From contig JBHGNT010000012.1 in NCBI GenBank assembly GCA_043228905.1, forward strand, positions 16,430,001 to 16,494,000: 64,000 nt of DNA. The letters are read 5' to 3'. This DNA is from Azolla caroliniana. Taxonomy: Eukaryota > Plantae > Polypodiophyta. This document shows positions 46,907 to 60,980 of this stretch, in pieces. Position numbers and translations under genes: made by a program. The notes under the pieces are model-generated. The model was given only the letters and a program-made list of their open reading frames with translations. It made no database searches and was not told the origin of the DNA. Numbering within the stretch: the stretch's first letter is position 1; every line of letters starts with the position of its first letter.

Positions 46907-48673
46907 AGCTTAGCTTAGCTCTGAGTAAAACAGAGCATATATATTATATATTATATACATAATACAATACACACACAATCACTCTACTAAATTCTAATGT
47001 TTGACTTAATCCTGGGAACAAGACTTGTTGGGTCCTAGTCAATCATCAATCATATTGGACATGGCTTTTCAGATTTCAATGTCTAGAGAATTATTTTGTC
47101 GATGGATATATGTGAGTCCCATTGATCGATCAATCGATCAGCAAGATCATCCCTTCCCCGATGAGATCACAATTGCCTGATGGATGATGATCGAATTGCA
47201 GTGAATGTAAGATTGTCGGGTCCCTTTGCGACATCAATCATCAGCCCAACCAGTTAATCGTTCGAATAAGCCTCAATGAAGACCCTTTTGTTGGGTCCAT
47301 GTGATCATCGAGTGTTATCTCTGAGGATCGATGTTTGGAGAATTTTTCGTTGTTGGATTTGAGGGCCTGACCAATCGACAAGATCATTCATTTAAGATGA
47401 GATCATGTGCCATTACGAGCTTTGTCGTTGGATGATGATCAATTTACATTCGACAACGTTGTTAGGTCCCTTTGGGACATTGGATAATCGACCCATCTTT
47501 GTTCAAATTCTTTGGGTCCATTTGCTCTTCGATTGTTGTTGGGGATCTAACCGAGCTTTACAATGTGTGATTGGGACCCTAGGATCATCACATGCCTTTC
47601 TTAGAGAAGGAAAAGCGAGAACACTCATTCTTAAAGGATCTTTTGTTGGGTCCTTGTGGTCACTGATCACATAGTTTTTTTGAGATAAGGTTGAACAAAG
47701 AATATTCAGTCCCAACAACAAGCTCGGTCCTTGGGATTACCAAGCTTTGTTAGGATACAATGAAGAAAACACTTGTTCTTGACAAATGAACCTTTATTTT
47801 TTGAGTTCAAGGTAGCCATCCATAAGAAAGTGCCATTGGATTTCTAGGATCGTGCAACTTTGTTGGGATGAAGTCCATAACAATAAATCTATTGGATCTC
47901 TTTGCTTTCTCACTGGGCATTCATTGAAATTGTCATTGGGTCCTTTAATCATATAGTTTTTGGAATAAGGCTAAACGAAGAATCTTCGGTCCATATGACC
48001 ACTTGTTTGTGGATAGTGGTGAAATAATGCAAAAAGGTGACGTTGAATTCTTGGCTAATTGGCTTAAAAAGTGTTTTTTGCCCTAGGAATCATTTAGCTT
48101 TATTCATGTGTTCTTTATAAAACATCCTTACAAAACATTGCAATGTGCATGGGATCACCTCATTCGATTGCAACTAATAGCTTAGGCTTATTGACTTGGG
48201 TTCTTGTGATCACCTATCTTCATTGGGTGAAGTCATACTTATAAGGTGTTGCTGGACGGATGATGGTATAATCCCTATTTATTTGAGTGTTTTCATCATT
48301 AGCATTAGAAATGACGTTTTCATTTTTATGAAAAAGTTGTTGGGTGTTTCAATCCTCTAGCATTTTTTGGATGAGGCTTAAAAAGAAAACTTGTTCTTCA
48401 ATAATAGGGTTGTTGGGTCCTTAGCATCACTTGACCTTTTGGGATAGAATTGTCATTCCATGATCAAGTGTCAAATTGGTTGGTGCATCCTTGCCATTGG
48501 GTGATACCATGAATGAGCCAATGATTGTTTTGTTGAAGGAATCATGTTCTCAAACTAATAAGCTTTGATTAAAGAAAACTCAAAGAAGCTAGAAAAGTTT
48601 TGATTGATGAATAGGAAAAAGGCTATGTTATCAAGGAGTCAAAGCAATAATCATTGTTGGGTCATTTTGTATG

Positions 48674-49279
48674 TGTTATTGTCCAACTAATTAATTAAGC
48701 AAAACATAAGGACTTATTGACCAATGGCATGAGGCAAACCCGAACATCCTCGATGTCACATATTAGTTAAGCAATTGGAAGAAGCGCGCATCAACGAGGA
48801 TACTGAGCAACAAAAAGACACATGAAAAGGAAGTAGCAAGAACCAATAGAGGGAATGGCAAGCCAACGGGCAGTCAAGTGTGAAATGGTCACACCCACAA
48901 TGTAAAACCTATATAAACCACACAATGGTGTCTTTGTAAGGGTTCCTCCGTTCGTAAGATCTCTGTGATTAAGAGCTTTAAAAGCTTCCTCTCCTCTTTC
49001 TTCTAATCATAAGCTTAAGAAAGATTAGCGATAGTGTTAGTAGAAAAACACTAATCTCTCTTCCTTGTTGGTGCTAGACCTCTTAGCAGGAGGGTTTCAT
49101 AAACATATTCTTTGTTTCTATTTGCCTAAGAGAGTGAGTGTGTGGGAGTGAGAGAGATATGTATAAACGTTAATCGTGTGTAATCATTAAGTGAGTGTGA
49201 GGCTTGAGGGTACTTGACAACTACCTCGCCCAGTTCGCCACCAAGAGGGGATACATCGGTTCGGACTCCGCAGATGACA
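48674..49279 (+). repeat. Possible old solo LTR
   Basis: TGTTAT...ATGACA termini, internal CTATATAAAC and a CT-rich R-like region; no TSD found. Confidence 0.35.
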
Positions 49280-49739
49280 TCGATAGGAGGCAAAACTCCA
49301 TTGATCTATAGAGGTGTTTTCGTCAAGTGCATGGATCCTACCCATCTATTTGGCATCGTTGCCAGGGATTATGACGGTACATCAAATTCGAGAAGAAGGT
49401 TCAAATCACGATCAACACCGAAATTTACAATATATGAAAGTGATTGAAATTAATAAAATGGTTAATATATTTTTCACACCTACATCAAATCCAAGAAGAT
49501 GGATACAATTAAGATTAATGCCGAAATTTTACAATAGATAATCCTTCTATATAAGATAATTTTTTTTGATAGATAATCTTTTTATATAGGATGTTTGTGT
49601 ATATATCGCCCCTAACGGGGTTCAACCTTACTATTAAAATGTTTAACTCTTACCAAGTGAGCTAACTTTCATTATTGAGCTTTTGCAAAACTTGACTCTT
49701 AGTCACTTTTCTCCCTTCCCATATGCAACATTGGCACAA

Positions 49740-49906
49740 CGTTGCTCATGAAGTCATACTATGCACCCATGATTCCTCATCAATAACCTACACAACACCC
49801 CTTTGGAACTCTCATAAATTGAAATGAGTACAAGGTTGAAGAAATCCTAGATTCAAAGAAGATGCATCGTTAATTCTTATATATAGTCTTATGGAAGGAC
49901 TATCCA
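49740..49906 (+). pseudogene. Chromovirus chromodomain relic
   Basis: NEYKVEEILDSKKMHR*FLYIVLWKDYP at about 49823-49906, matching the chromodomains of E, G and H. Confidence 0.7.
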
Positions 49907-51768
49907 CTGTTTGGCATAACAAAGTTGTAGATTATTGCCAAATGTATGATGTATAGAATGACAATGCATGGTCATGAGTGTATAAAAGGGGATCCTTACA
50001 CAAGTTGATCTCAAGGAGATCAAGCAAAGTCTTAGGACTAAGCTATCATATTCTATCACAATTGATCAAGCATACGCACTCTATGTCTTAATTTTGCTCT
50101 TTTATTCCTCCATCTCTGAAAGGAGTTCCCAACTGTGTTGGTGATTTCTCATCTTTTCACTCCTGAGTGGGTGCTTGGATTATGATAAAGTCTCATATAA
50201 TTAAGTGCCCATTTATTAGTGTGAGTGTGATTAAATAGTATAAGATTAGAGTTTGTTTAAATAGTTAGTTTATTGTTTAATACTCAATAGTGGTTGACAT
50301 CAACTCTTCGCATGCCTTACCTTGAGGTGGTTCTCAAGGAAGTAGTAGTTACCAACATGAACACATGGACTACATTGCACAAATCCTTTGGCTATCAATG
50401 AAGGTAACATGAATATTAACTTTCGAATTCATCCTTGTAGCATAGACTCAATATAGGAAAGCGTAGTTAGTTTAATTCATCAGCATAATATTCCCTTTAA
50501 CACAGGATTCCTCCCAAGAGGAGAAAACTTGATGAAAGTGTGTTGTCAATTCCATAAAATTATTGATTGAGGTTGTATATCCATCAAAATTCAACTATGG
50601 TGTATGTAGCATGTCAACCTAGGTTGTATACTTGCTTCACCCAATGTGTAAGGTTGCTTATTCATCAAGATTGTATTCTCATTGAATTTGACGGCTTAGG
50701 ATAGGATAGCACAAATTTCAATGAAGAAATATGAAACTCAAATGCTAGTATGACCTACAATCATGAAACTCCAATTATTGTCAAGTTATGTTTGACATAC
50801 CAAGATGGTATACAACGGAGTTTTATGTAGTTAAAATAGAAAATATACTATGTATGACGAGATGACATGTACACCTCCCCCACTTTCATTGATTGTACGA
50901 AAAATAGGGCACTCTAACTCAATGTGTCAACTTTGGAGCATAGATATTTAATAATCATAACAGAAATTTAGAGATGATTTAAATCCTTGAGATAACAGCA
51001 AACAGCTCACTTACAATGCCAATCACGGAAAACCCGAAAAATAGGGCACTCTAACTCAATTTGTCAACTTTGGAGCATAAATATTTAATAATCATAACAG
51101 AAATTTAAAGATGACTTGTATCCTTGAGATAACAAGCAAACAACTCAATTACATTGCCAATCAATGAAAACGAAAAAATGACTTCAATACTTCCTATATT
51201 ATATCCTCTCCATCTTTATATATAATTTTCGTTGTCTTCAAAGTTATGTCGCGTGGGCTTCACAATCAATGTGAGGTTATTTTGAAACCCATTGCAAATT
51301 ATACCAATGCAAACATCAGATCTTAACCAAGATCTTAGTAATATCACTTTCAAATTGAAATTTCTCAAGTGCAAAGATTCAAATGCTCTTACCAGAGGGT
51401 TTATTTGAAACCCAGTATTGATCTCAATGAAATGATATCTATGAAATTATCATCTACTTTTTCAGTGATATCCATGGAATATAGGTTTTATAACTTACAT
51501 TGAATTTTAACCGAGATATCAAATATTGCTTACACTTCAATTTTCTGAGTACAAGCAATCAAATTTAACCAAGAGCTCAGCAATCTCACTTTCCGGTTGA
51601 AATTTCTTTAGTATAAGCACTCAAATGCTCTTACCAAGAGGCGTTGTTTGAAACCCATTTCAAATCTCTCTCCATGTATGTTATTGCACGAATTGCCTTC
51701 AAATAGAAAATAGTATTCTAGATACAACCAAGCACACATTAGAACAAAAATATTGGATCTGTCTGGTG

Positions 51769-54700
51769 TCATTGTTCACCACCCCATGTTTTTCTTTTAG
51801 AATCCAAGTGTAAAGCTACTGATCCATCGCCAAGGCGTATTTTCACAGGCATTTGCTTCTTCTTCTTCTTCTTTATCGATTTATCATTCTCTTGTTCTTC
51901 CTTCCAAGTTGAAGAAGGAGACCCTTCACCTGTATGTGAAGATGGAATATAAGGTTCATGACGAGTTTCCTCTTGCTCTTCCTTCAACATAATTGAAGAA
52001 GAAGACCCTTCAACTTGAGTCAACGATTTCATTGCCTTGACAAGTACTTTGGGCCCTTTATTTGCTTGAATGCTGCTCCCATTTTGAGCAAAAGAATTGC
52101 TAGAAATAGATGGTCTAGAAGTTCCTCTTTGATCTCTATATCCATCTTTAGAAAGCACTTCCACTTCCTGATCTTCTCTAAAGTCTCCATTTCTACGATT
52201 AATATTAAGTCTAAGGTCACCCATCTCATCCATAACTATTTTTTTCATCCCGTCTTCCAAGCTTTTGCCCTGAGACTTCATTTTACCACCCTTTCGGATT
52301 CCATTTTGGCTACTTTCAGCTTTAGAAACACTTTCCATCAAACTAGGGAAAGATTCATGCAAACCATATTCCATATCATTATTGCCCTTAACTCTCTGAA
52401 ATGCATCCAAAACATTCTTCTCCATTTGGTTATTATCCTTAATCTTCTGGAGTGCATTCAGCAAATCATTCTTCTTCTTAACGTCTGGACATAACCTTGC
52501 CAACTCTGGGACAATATGAAGTAGCCCAAAACCTCTTATATGGTGAAGATATTGGTCAGCATCTGTGTCCTCGCTTCTGAAACGGCCAGAAATTATCTTG
52601 AATTTATGGAAACTCTCTTCGTCACCATGTAAATCAATTTTTATCTTTTCAATCAACGCCTTGTTAGCTACTCGTAGCTCCTCCATATTGAATGGAATGG
52701 AAGAAGAAGACTCATTATCTACTTCACTCAGAGATGTAGATGAAGCTGCTTCTCTAGATTCTGAAGATTCTACCCAAGTTTGCGTCAATGTACTAGACTC
52801 TCTCACCACCTCTATATCGCTTTGTGGTGGAACCAAAACTTGAGGCCGTGCTGAAACTTGAGGCCATTCATCTGATGATGCAACCGATTGAGAGGTTCTA
52901 TTCCTTGTAGTTTCTCCAACATGAGTGGGGTTCATTGAAACCTCATAATTGATATGATGACCACGTGGTCTTCTTCCTCCTCTTCCCCCAATCAAAGAAA
53001 CCATCGAATATGCAGAACTTCCACTTGCTTTCTGAGGTGTACTTTCTGATCCAGGAAGTGGTGGGAATGCTGATTCTCTAAAATAAGACGAGGGACCAGC
53101 ACGACTCACAGCTGCACGATATCGAGATGGCTCCATTATCGTCATACCAGAAGCGTCTTCTCCCCCACTTGTTTCTCCAGAGTTCAATACAAGATTTGTC
53201 TCATTATTTTGAATATGGGGGAAGTCAACAGTATTATTGACTTGTAATGATGAAGATGATTCTTGGAGTGATTGTTCTGATGATGACATGATGCTTGTTT
53301 GGGGCCCTTCCTGCCCAACTACGGTATGGCCTTCACGTTGACGGGATACTCGTCCTCCCCTCTGATTTTGGCTACGGTACTGAAAACTGACAGGAATCTG
53401 ATGATAAAAGAAAGTAGTTAAATGAATCTATATTCACGCATCACGTATGCAACCTCTTGATATGCATGTTTCATGTGTACAGTGCGTGTTTCTCACTGAT
53501 GTAGAATTATATTTTTAACGTCTGAGGGGACTGATCACAATCAATAGGACAGAGCTGAGCCCATGGCAAGGATCAAACTTGGGTTCTCAATTTTATGGCT
53601 TTGATGCTATGTTAAAAAAAACTTAACCAAGTATGAAACTTTTTAACCTTACTTGCAAAGCTGCATTCCTTTGTGAACGAGACATGTTCCCACCGTGAAC
53701 CAAAGCATTGTGCCTCTGCAAATTGGTGGGGAGAATATTAAAGAAATCATTTATTAACAATAATATCCACACCCACCATGATCATCCATGTCTTCTTAAT
53801 ACCTACCTTCAACTCAGCATCAGAATTGAAAACGATAAATTTCTGGGCAAGGCAATCTGGATGCTCACACAGTGCATGTCCATGTCGAAAATGGGCCTGC
53901 GGTCATGTCAAGTATTTCAATCAAGCAGTCAAAGAGTAAAGGGGTAGAAAAGAAAAGTATTTATAGTGTATATAACCTCTAAATCATCATAACTGCGATA
54001 ATATTCAAATTGCCCTGGACGCAATCTGCCAGAACAAAATTGAAGCCAAGATCTATGAATAAAAAGCATCACCAAGACCAAGAAAATACAACATTTGCAC
54101 AGCAGAATCTACAATAAACAGGCATATCTTCAAGTTTAGCCAGGCCTGAAACTTTTCAGAATATGAAGATTTGAACAGCAACATGTATGAAAAGAGGAAT
54201 GTACAGGCGCCCTGGTTCTAGAATCTTCAGCATAGAATGAATACAGAACAAGGAGGAAGGAATCATTCATTGTGAAGGGTACATTAGTGCAAGTCTGTAT
54301 ATAGCGAAGTGTGATAATATAATCCTATGAAAGAAAGAAAAAAAGGAAAAAAGATATATTCATGTCTTCAAAGGGGCCAAAATGGCCTATAAGACCAAAC
54401 AAGAGATTACATCTTAAGTGTCCTCCTGTCTTTGAGAGCAACAAATCAAAATAAAATAAATATAAAAGTAAATAAGATAAAAAGAGACGGAAGGATCTGG
54501 TTTTCGGCACATGTGAGATTCTCAAGTTAGATATATATTATAACTTTTGTCTTTAAAAGATCTCTAGCATAGGTCGATCCAGAATGGAGAGGTCTCCGAA
54601 GAGAGGGACGCACCTGCGATGGCAGGAGATAATGGCCTTTATCTGTCAATTACAAGGGTGTTGAGGTCGTGGTCCATGGGACCGGGGCCTACGTGCATGA

Positions 54701-57700
54701 CAAATTGCTATTGCTAAGAGAAAGAAAGAAAGATATATTAAAGTCTTTTAAGAGGCCAAATGGCCTATAAGACCAAACAAGAGATTGTATCTTAAGTGTT
54801 GTCTCGTCTTCGAGAACAACAAATCAAAATAAAATAAATATTACTAAGTAAATATAAAAATAAATAAGCTAAAAAGAGATTAAAGAATCTGGTTTTCGAC
54901 ACATAGGAGATTCTCAAGTTATATATGTATTATAATTTTTGTCTTCGAAAGATCTCTAGCATAGGTCAATCCAGAATGGAGAGGTCTCCGAAGTGAGGGA
55001 AGCACCTGCGATGAAGGGAGATAATGGTCTTTATCTGTCAATGATAACGGTGTTGAGGTCATGGTCCGTGGGGTCGGGGCCTACATGCACGACAAATTGC
55101 TATTGCCCGATCTATTGTTAGCCCCTTTGTTATGTCCTGGTCAGGAGCCCAATTATGTATTCCTTGATTAACTTGTAGCATTAGTAGGAATGATGGAGCT
55201 AAAGAAAGTTGTGATTGTTCTTTGCATGGTTGTACTATTGTCATTCAACAACTTTTCCCTATGTCTCTTGAGTTCTAACAAGAAACATCCCACGCGCAAT
55301 GGGCCAAAGCCTTGTTTAAAGAGGCATTGGTATCTCCCTCTTATTTCATAAAAGCACAAAAGATACTATAATAACAAACATAGTGTTCTTTGGATTCCAC
55401 TCCTTGATGACACAATTGGCAAATTATTTCTTCTAGGGGTATTCGTGTATATCTGCCTACCTCAATCTCTAATTGATGTGATGAAGTCCACAACTGCCCT
55501 ATCACACTGTACAATGCATAGGATAGATGTATGTCCATATAAGGTGGCCTAATGATGAATCCATCCTCCAATGTGTGTAAAAAGTAAGTCTTGTAGTGGG
55601 TCCATCCTCATACCAAGTGATATTTTGGGGCTGATCCATGTTATCCTCTTTTCAAAGTCAATAATATCAGTTCGGATCACTCTTTTCCACTTTGGTCATA
55701 TTTAGATGGAGACAGTTCAAGCTATATTGGAACGGGGGTAGTGCATTTATGCTTATGCCATGTGACTTAAACCATTGCTGCATTTCAGCATACCAACAAT
55801 GAATTTCCCCATTTTCAGCCAAATGTCTTGATGACATAAGTACCAACCTTGGGTACCTTCGTTTAGGGAGACGTTGGATAAAGGTCACTGATCGGAACAA
55901 TGCCTCGGTGATTATAGGGGCTACTCCCATTTCTGCCCAGATTATATCATGGGTCACCGATGCTTTGCTCCTTATCATGCAAGCAATGATTGACACTAAA
56001 GATCTCTCAAAATCTTTCCAATGATTTGCCTTGTTAAGACTCGGTCCCTACGTTTCACCTCCATAGAGGAGTTGGTGTGACAAGTGTATCAAATAACCAC
56101 AACTTAGTCCATGGCTCTTGGAACTGCAAATGTGCACATTGTCCATGCCTAGCAGGTATAGCTATACAAATATTACTATATGCTGATGATATTGTGCTGA
56201 TTTCTGACTCTCCGGAGGGACTACAAAGACATCTAAATGCCTTAAATCTATTTTGTACAGACAAAGGTTTGTCGATAAACTAGATAAAACTAAAGTGATG
56301 GTGTTTAACACCACTCAAGCATGGGTAACAAGATCAGAACCGGAATTTTTCTTGGGAGAGGAAAAGGTGGAATACACACGCTCCTTCACATACCTAGGAG
56401 TAACATTTACAAGGCCTAGGTTATCCTTACAGGAGACGGCTGGTGCCCAACTTTCTCGTGGATATGCAGCCCAACCCCTGAATCTCTCTATGTAATGTGA
56501 TACCTCATCTCTATAGAGACCGAAGAGAGTGGGCGATAGTGGGCATCCTTGCTTCACTCCGATTGAACTAGCCATCGCCTCTAACAAACCCTTGAAAGTG
56601 TTCTTAGTAATCCTCCAAACATACTTTCAACCTGTCTTCACTCCGATTGAACTAGCCATCGCCTCTAACAAACCCTTGAAAGTGTTCTTAGTAATCCTCC
56701 AAACATACTTTCAACCTGTCCAGGTCTGGAAAGTTAAGTTCAAACCTGCAGCATGGTTAGATTAAATTAGATCTTCTTTAGTGTCTATAGAGAAGCCAAT
56801 ATTAACCCATGGGACCTCAATACACAAGTTTTATTGATGTGTGTCTCCTTCCTAAGAAGGGATATTTATACTTCAAAGCACAAAGTCTAAATGTGTGAAT
56901 AAGGCATACACATATGAGCTCAACCTTCTAGGTGTTCTCTTTAGAGTGACACTCAAGTCATCACCCCCTTTTAATATGTCATCATAACTTTCACAAATCG
57001 CACTATACGTGGAGCATGTAAAAAGCAAGTGATACTCATCCACTACTACCCCTTTCTTGCATATCTTACATGCCTTTATATTTGACGGATTTTGATCCCA
57101 TAATGCAACTTCAATACCTAGCTTACGTGATAGAGTGCGAAAGAGTGTCAGGGCTCTACGAGAATTAATACTCATGTTAATAATGAGATAATGTTGAATA
57201 CGACCAATAGGCCTTCTTGCCTTACATTGAATCCAACATTCAGAGTTGATTTTTACAGTATTCCTGAACCCCCTCATCAATAGCAGGCTTTGAATAGCTG
57301 CCATATCTAATAAAGACAAATTCCTGTTTTTTCTTCCATCCTATATTTCGGTTTATTTTACTTGAAAAATATGTACATTTCAGTACAACACACGATCTAG
57401 GAAAGTGATTCCATACAAATTTGGCACAACCAAACATAAAATTGAGTAATATAAATCTTAGAGGATATAAGTTATAAGTATAACTATTAAAATAGAATTG
57501 TTGAAGCATAACATACACCACAAATCAATAATGACAAAACTACTAAAGCATACTTTACTTACTAAGGGATAAACAAGTATTACCGTTGACAAATATGGCA
57601 AGTGTAATGATCAGTGGACATATGGTGATACAGTTCATTATCACCATAGAATCTTGTGCGACAGAAACTGCAGGGTGGATGCCCATTAAAACCCCCACCA

Positions 57701-58649
57701 TCAATTTCCAGATCTCCGTTCATCAAATGGCGATCTAATTGCTTCTTTGTATATAGCTTTTGCTCACAAATGAAAACCTATATAGCAGAGATAGATTGAA
57801 ACACATAAAAACTTGGTAAAGAGGATAGCCTCAGTCACCAGAAGCTAATGAGAGATGGTCAAAGGCACGCCTACCTTCCGTCCTTCCAAGCAAAGCCCAC
57901 ACATCTGAACCTTGTGAACATTGGAAAGGTGCCGACGCATCATGTCCAAATTTTTGAAAACATACCCTTTCTTCACAAAGTCCTTACCAAGACTTTCTGC
58001 TTGATCACATATGGTACAAGACAGCCTAAACATAGCCTTTAACATGTTGTACTGCTCTTCATCATCACAGTAAGCTTGAATATTGCTCTCATACCACAAG
58101 TCTCTCCGTTTGGCCAAGGCTTCAAAGTTTTCAACAGATTTTGTGAAATCTCCCAGAGCCTATTCATAGGATAATAGATCAAAATTTCTATTCAAGATAT
58201 TCAAGAACGAATAAAACCATAAAATCACCAACTGAAAGAAATGAAAGAAATTCAAATGTAATAATAATCATAAATAGGGGGAACAACACCACTACCATTT
58301 TGGATATTCAACAAAACAACCCTAATTTTTCAGAAAGTTCTAGAACATCCCTTCTTCTGTAGTACAAAATTTAATGCTATAGAGGTTATTCTGGTAATAT
58401 TTTGAAAATATACACATGTTTTCCATTAAATTTACAGAAGTTGCAGTAAGTATTAAAGAATTATTTAGAGCATCATCTTACCTTGGTAACAAACACTGAC
58501 GGACACTCTTGTTTACAAATGCAGCATTGCTTGTCACCTAGTACAAACCGAAGTCTGGCTATACATTTTGAGCAGACATCCTGGTGTCCACACTGACCAT
58601 ACCCAACCCATTCGAGAGGTTCAGCACAAACAGCACAGATATCCTCCAT
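51769..58649 (-). CDS. ZNF598: ZNF598/Hel2-like RING and C2H2 zinc-finger E3 ubiquitin ligase (ribosome quality control), 7 coding exons, about 825 aa
   Basis: Exons 58649-58482, 58159-57875, 57777-57584, 54025-53977, 53896-53807, 53715-53653, 53397-51769, phases consistent. Motifs MEDICAVCAEPLEWVGYGQCGHQDVCSKC, CGLCLEGRKVFICEQKLY, GFNGHPPCSFC, AFPPLPG, LLHIVPELARLCPD. Likely 5' UTR exon near 60064-60300. Confidence 0.92.
54327..55107. repeat. ~390-bp tandem duplication in intron 3 of the ZNF598-like gene, next to the LINE 3' end
   Basis: GGCCAAATGGCCTATAAGACCAAACAAGAGATT...GACAAATTGCTATTGC occurs twice. Confidence 0.85.
55110..56720 (-). mobile_element. 5'-truncated non-LTR (LINE) retrotransposon in an intron, with an internal inverted segment
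   Basis: Minus strand: GVKQGCPLSPTLFG, then QCAHLQFQEP..LFDTLV, HQLEIEVGRY...CQLC...EHY. Plus strand 56144-56472: LLYADDIVL...KTKVMVF...FTYLGV. Confidence 0.85.
56840..57330 (-). mobile_element. Second LINE 3'-end fragment (C-terminal Cys/His region)
   Basis: LTLFRTLSRKLGIEV...CKICKKGVVVDEYHLLFTC. Confidence 0.7.
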
Positions 58650-59326
58650 CACGAGTTACTACAATCATCAATCATTTCTCAGTTATTTGAAGAAACCAAT
58701 ATGAATGTACTTTAGAATGAATTCTACAGAAAACTAGATGAAACCCAAGTTTTCAAGTAACTTGAGAATCTCAACTAATAAAACAACAAAACAAAAAGTT
58801 AGATTTTAGCAATATTGGGGACATGTGGATAGCTCTAGCTATGAGCTTACTAATTTTCAATCATGCAACCACACTTTCCCAATGAGAGACGCCTCTTGGA
58901 CCACCATGATTGAGCCTTTCAACACATTGATCAACATTATGGCTATGCAGAAACCCTATACTGAGCTTATACCTTTGCCATCGTGTCAGGGCATGCATAG
59001 TTTGTTTGTCCTTCAGTCTACTTATACGTAAATGATTCTCCACAAAGATGTTTGCTAGGTGGCTCCTGAGATACATTTATGTACATAATTCTACTGCAGT
59101 ATGTATTTTAATAATATTATGAGATGCATTACACATTTTGTGTTGGGGATTGGTTAGGTGGAGTAATAGTCTCAAGCCTTCTATTTGGATAATTAAACTA
59201 AGTTAAATTCAATTCCTTTATTAGAACATCCTAGAGCCCTACAATATATTAACACTCATAAAAGGGAAATAGAATTGTACCATTATATATAGGTTCCCCT
59301 TTATCCAATCATAAACAAGATAAGCC

Positions 59327-59770
59327 CACAACTAAAGACCCACCTAACAAATCCAAGTATTTAAAAGGGCTATTGTGAGATAAGCATGGACAAATAAGCC
59401 CACCTTGGACACATCAAAACATCAAAGGAACGTCGATTTGATGCATAAATATTGAGAAACATTAAAGAACCATGGACTTGAGGCATAAAATCTAAGAATT
59501 TTTGTTGGTCAATTTCATAATCTGGGCACATCAAAATATGGAATGGACCCACAACTAAAGACCCACCTAACAAATCCAAGTATTTAAAAGGGCTATTGTG
59601 AGATAAGCATGGACAAATAAGCCCACCTTGGACACATCAAAACCTCAAAGAAACGTCGATTTGATGCATAAATATTGAGAAACATTAAAGAACCATGGAC
59701 TTGAGGTATAAAATGTAAGAATTTTTGTTCATCAATTTCATAATCTGGGCACATCGAAATATGGAATGGA
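59327..59770. repeat. 223-bp tandem duplication in the 5' UTR intron of the ZNF598-like gene
   Basis: CCCACAACTAAAGACCCACCTAACAAATCC...ATATGGAATGGAC occurs twice. Confidence 0.85.
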
Positions 59771-60509
59771 CTTAGATCAATGACATAAATAGTGAATTTA
59801 TTTTGTTCATGGATCATCTAAGGAACAACGTAACATCAAAGAAACACTCATCTGAGGCATCAATACTGATTATTATTATTCATCGAACAAACTAATTGGT
59901 CGGGTGCACAAAACATGAGAGAAAACTATGAACTTTCATTCAACTCACAAATGTGTCAACAACGCCCAAGAAAATCCAGTTGCACACATACATATTGAGG
60001 ATTTTCAAACATCAGATAAAGAAACCATCTACAGGATGGAAAGTCGGATCTAAGAGATCATACCTGTGTGTTTGTCTGTTTGCGATCTTCCGTACACCAG
60101 GGAGGGAAGCGGCGATTGGATGGGGGGTATCGATAAGAATCGTCAAAACAAAAGAACAAAGAGGGGGAGAAGGCGCAAGGCTGGGAAATTTGGTCCTTCT
60201 CGAGAGATCAGAAGGAGGAGGAGGAGGAAGAAGAAGGAAGAAGGAAGAAGCAAAAGCAAAAGCAAAAGCGTTCTTTACTTCTTCTGTGTTTTCACTCTGC
60301 TTTGATGGGCTCTGTGTGTGTGTGTGTGTGTGTGGTCTCTTCTTCTTCTTCTTCTTCTTCTTCTTGCTTTTGTGTTTGGTGTTTTACTAGTCAATGATAT
60401 AAAAGCTTTTGTTTTGGTTCAATTATGTACATAATATAGAGAGTGCTTCCTTGTGAATGAATGTGTGTACAATATGTATACACACATGCACGAGCATGCA
60501 CGACATCGA

Positions 60510-60980
60510 TCCATAGATTGATAGAGTAATCGATAGATGGATAGGTTAGATTAGATAGATAGATAGATTAGATTAGATTAGATTAGATTAGATAGACTGA
60601 CTATACATAGATAGATTAGATTAGATAGACTGACTGATACATAGATAAATTGGATAGCTTGGATTGCAAACATGCAACATATAGATTGATCGATCGATAT
60701 ATTAGATTAGATAGATAGATTAGACAGAAAGATATATTAGATTAGATAGACTGATTGATAGATAGATAGATTGGATTGCTTGGATTGCAAACATGCAACA
60801 TATTGATCGATCAATAGATTAGATTAGATAGATAGATAGATAGATTAGACAGATAGATAGATTAGATTAGATAGACTGACTGATAGATAGATTGGATAGG
60901 TTGGATTGCGAACATACAACATATAGATTGATCGATAGAGTAGATAGACAAACAGACATTTAGATAGATGACATAGATTG
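60510..60980. repeat. Compound (GATA)n/(GATTA)n microsatellite with a ~120-bp higher-order unit
   Basis: TAGA/TTAGA runs punctuated three times by TTGGATTGC.AACAT.CAACATAT. Confidence 0.9.

Noticed and set aside
50898-51170. ~140-bp duplication (similar ones at 31843-32190 and 40330-40540)
   Set aside because: Ordinary local tandem duplications with no further structure.
53557-53640. Possible SINE head in a ZNF598-like intron
   Set aside because: Both Pol III boxes are too degenerate and there is no TSD.
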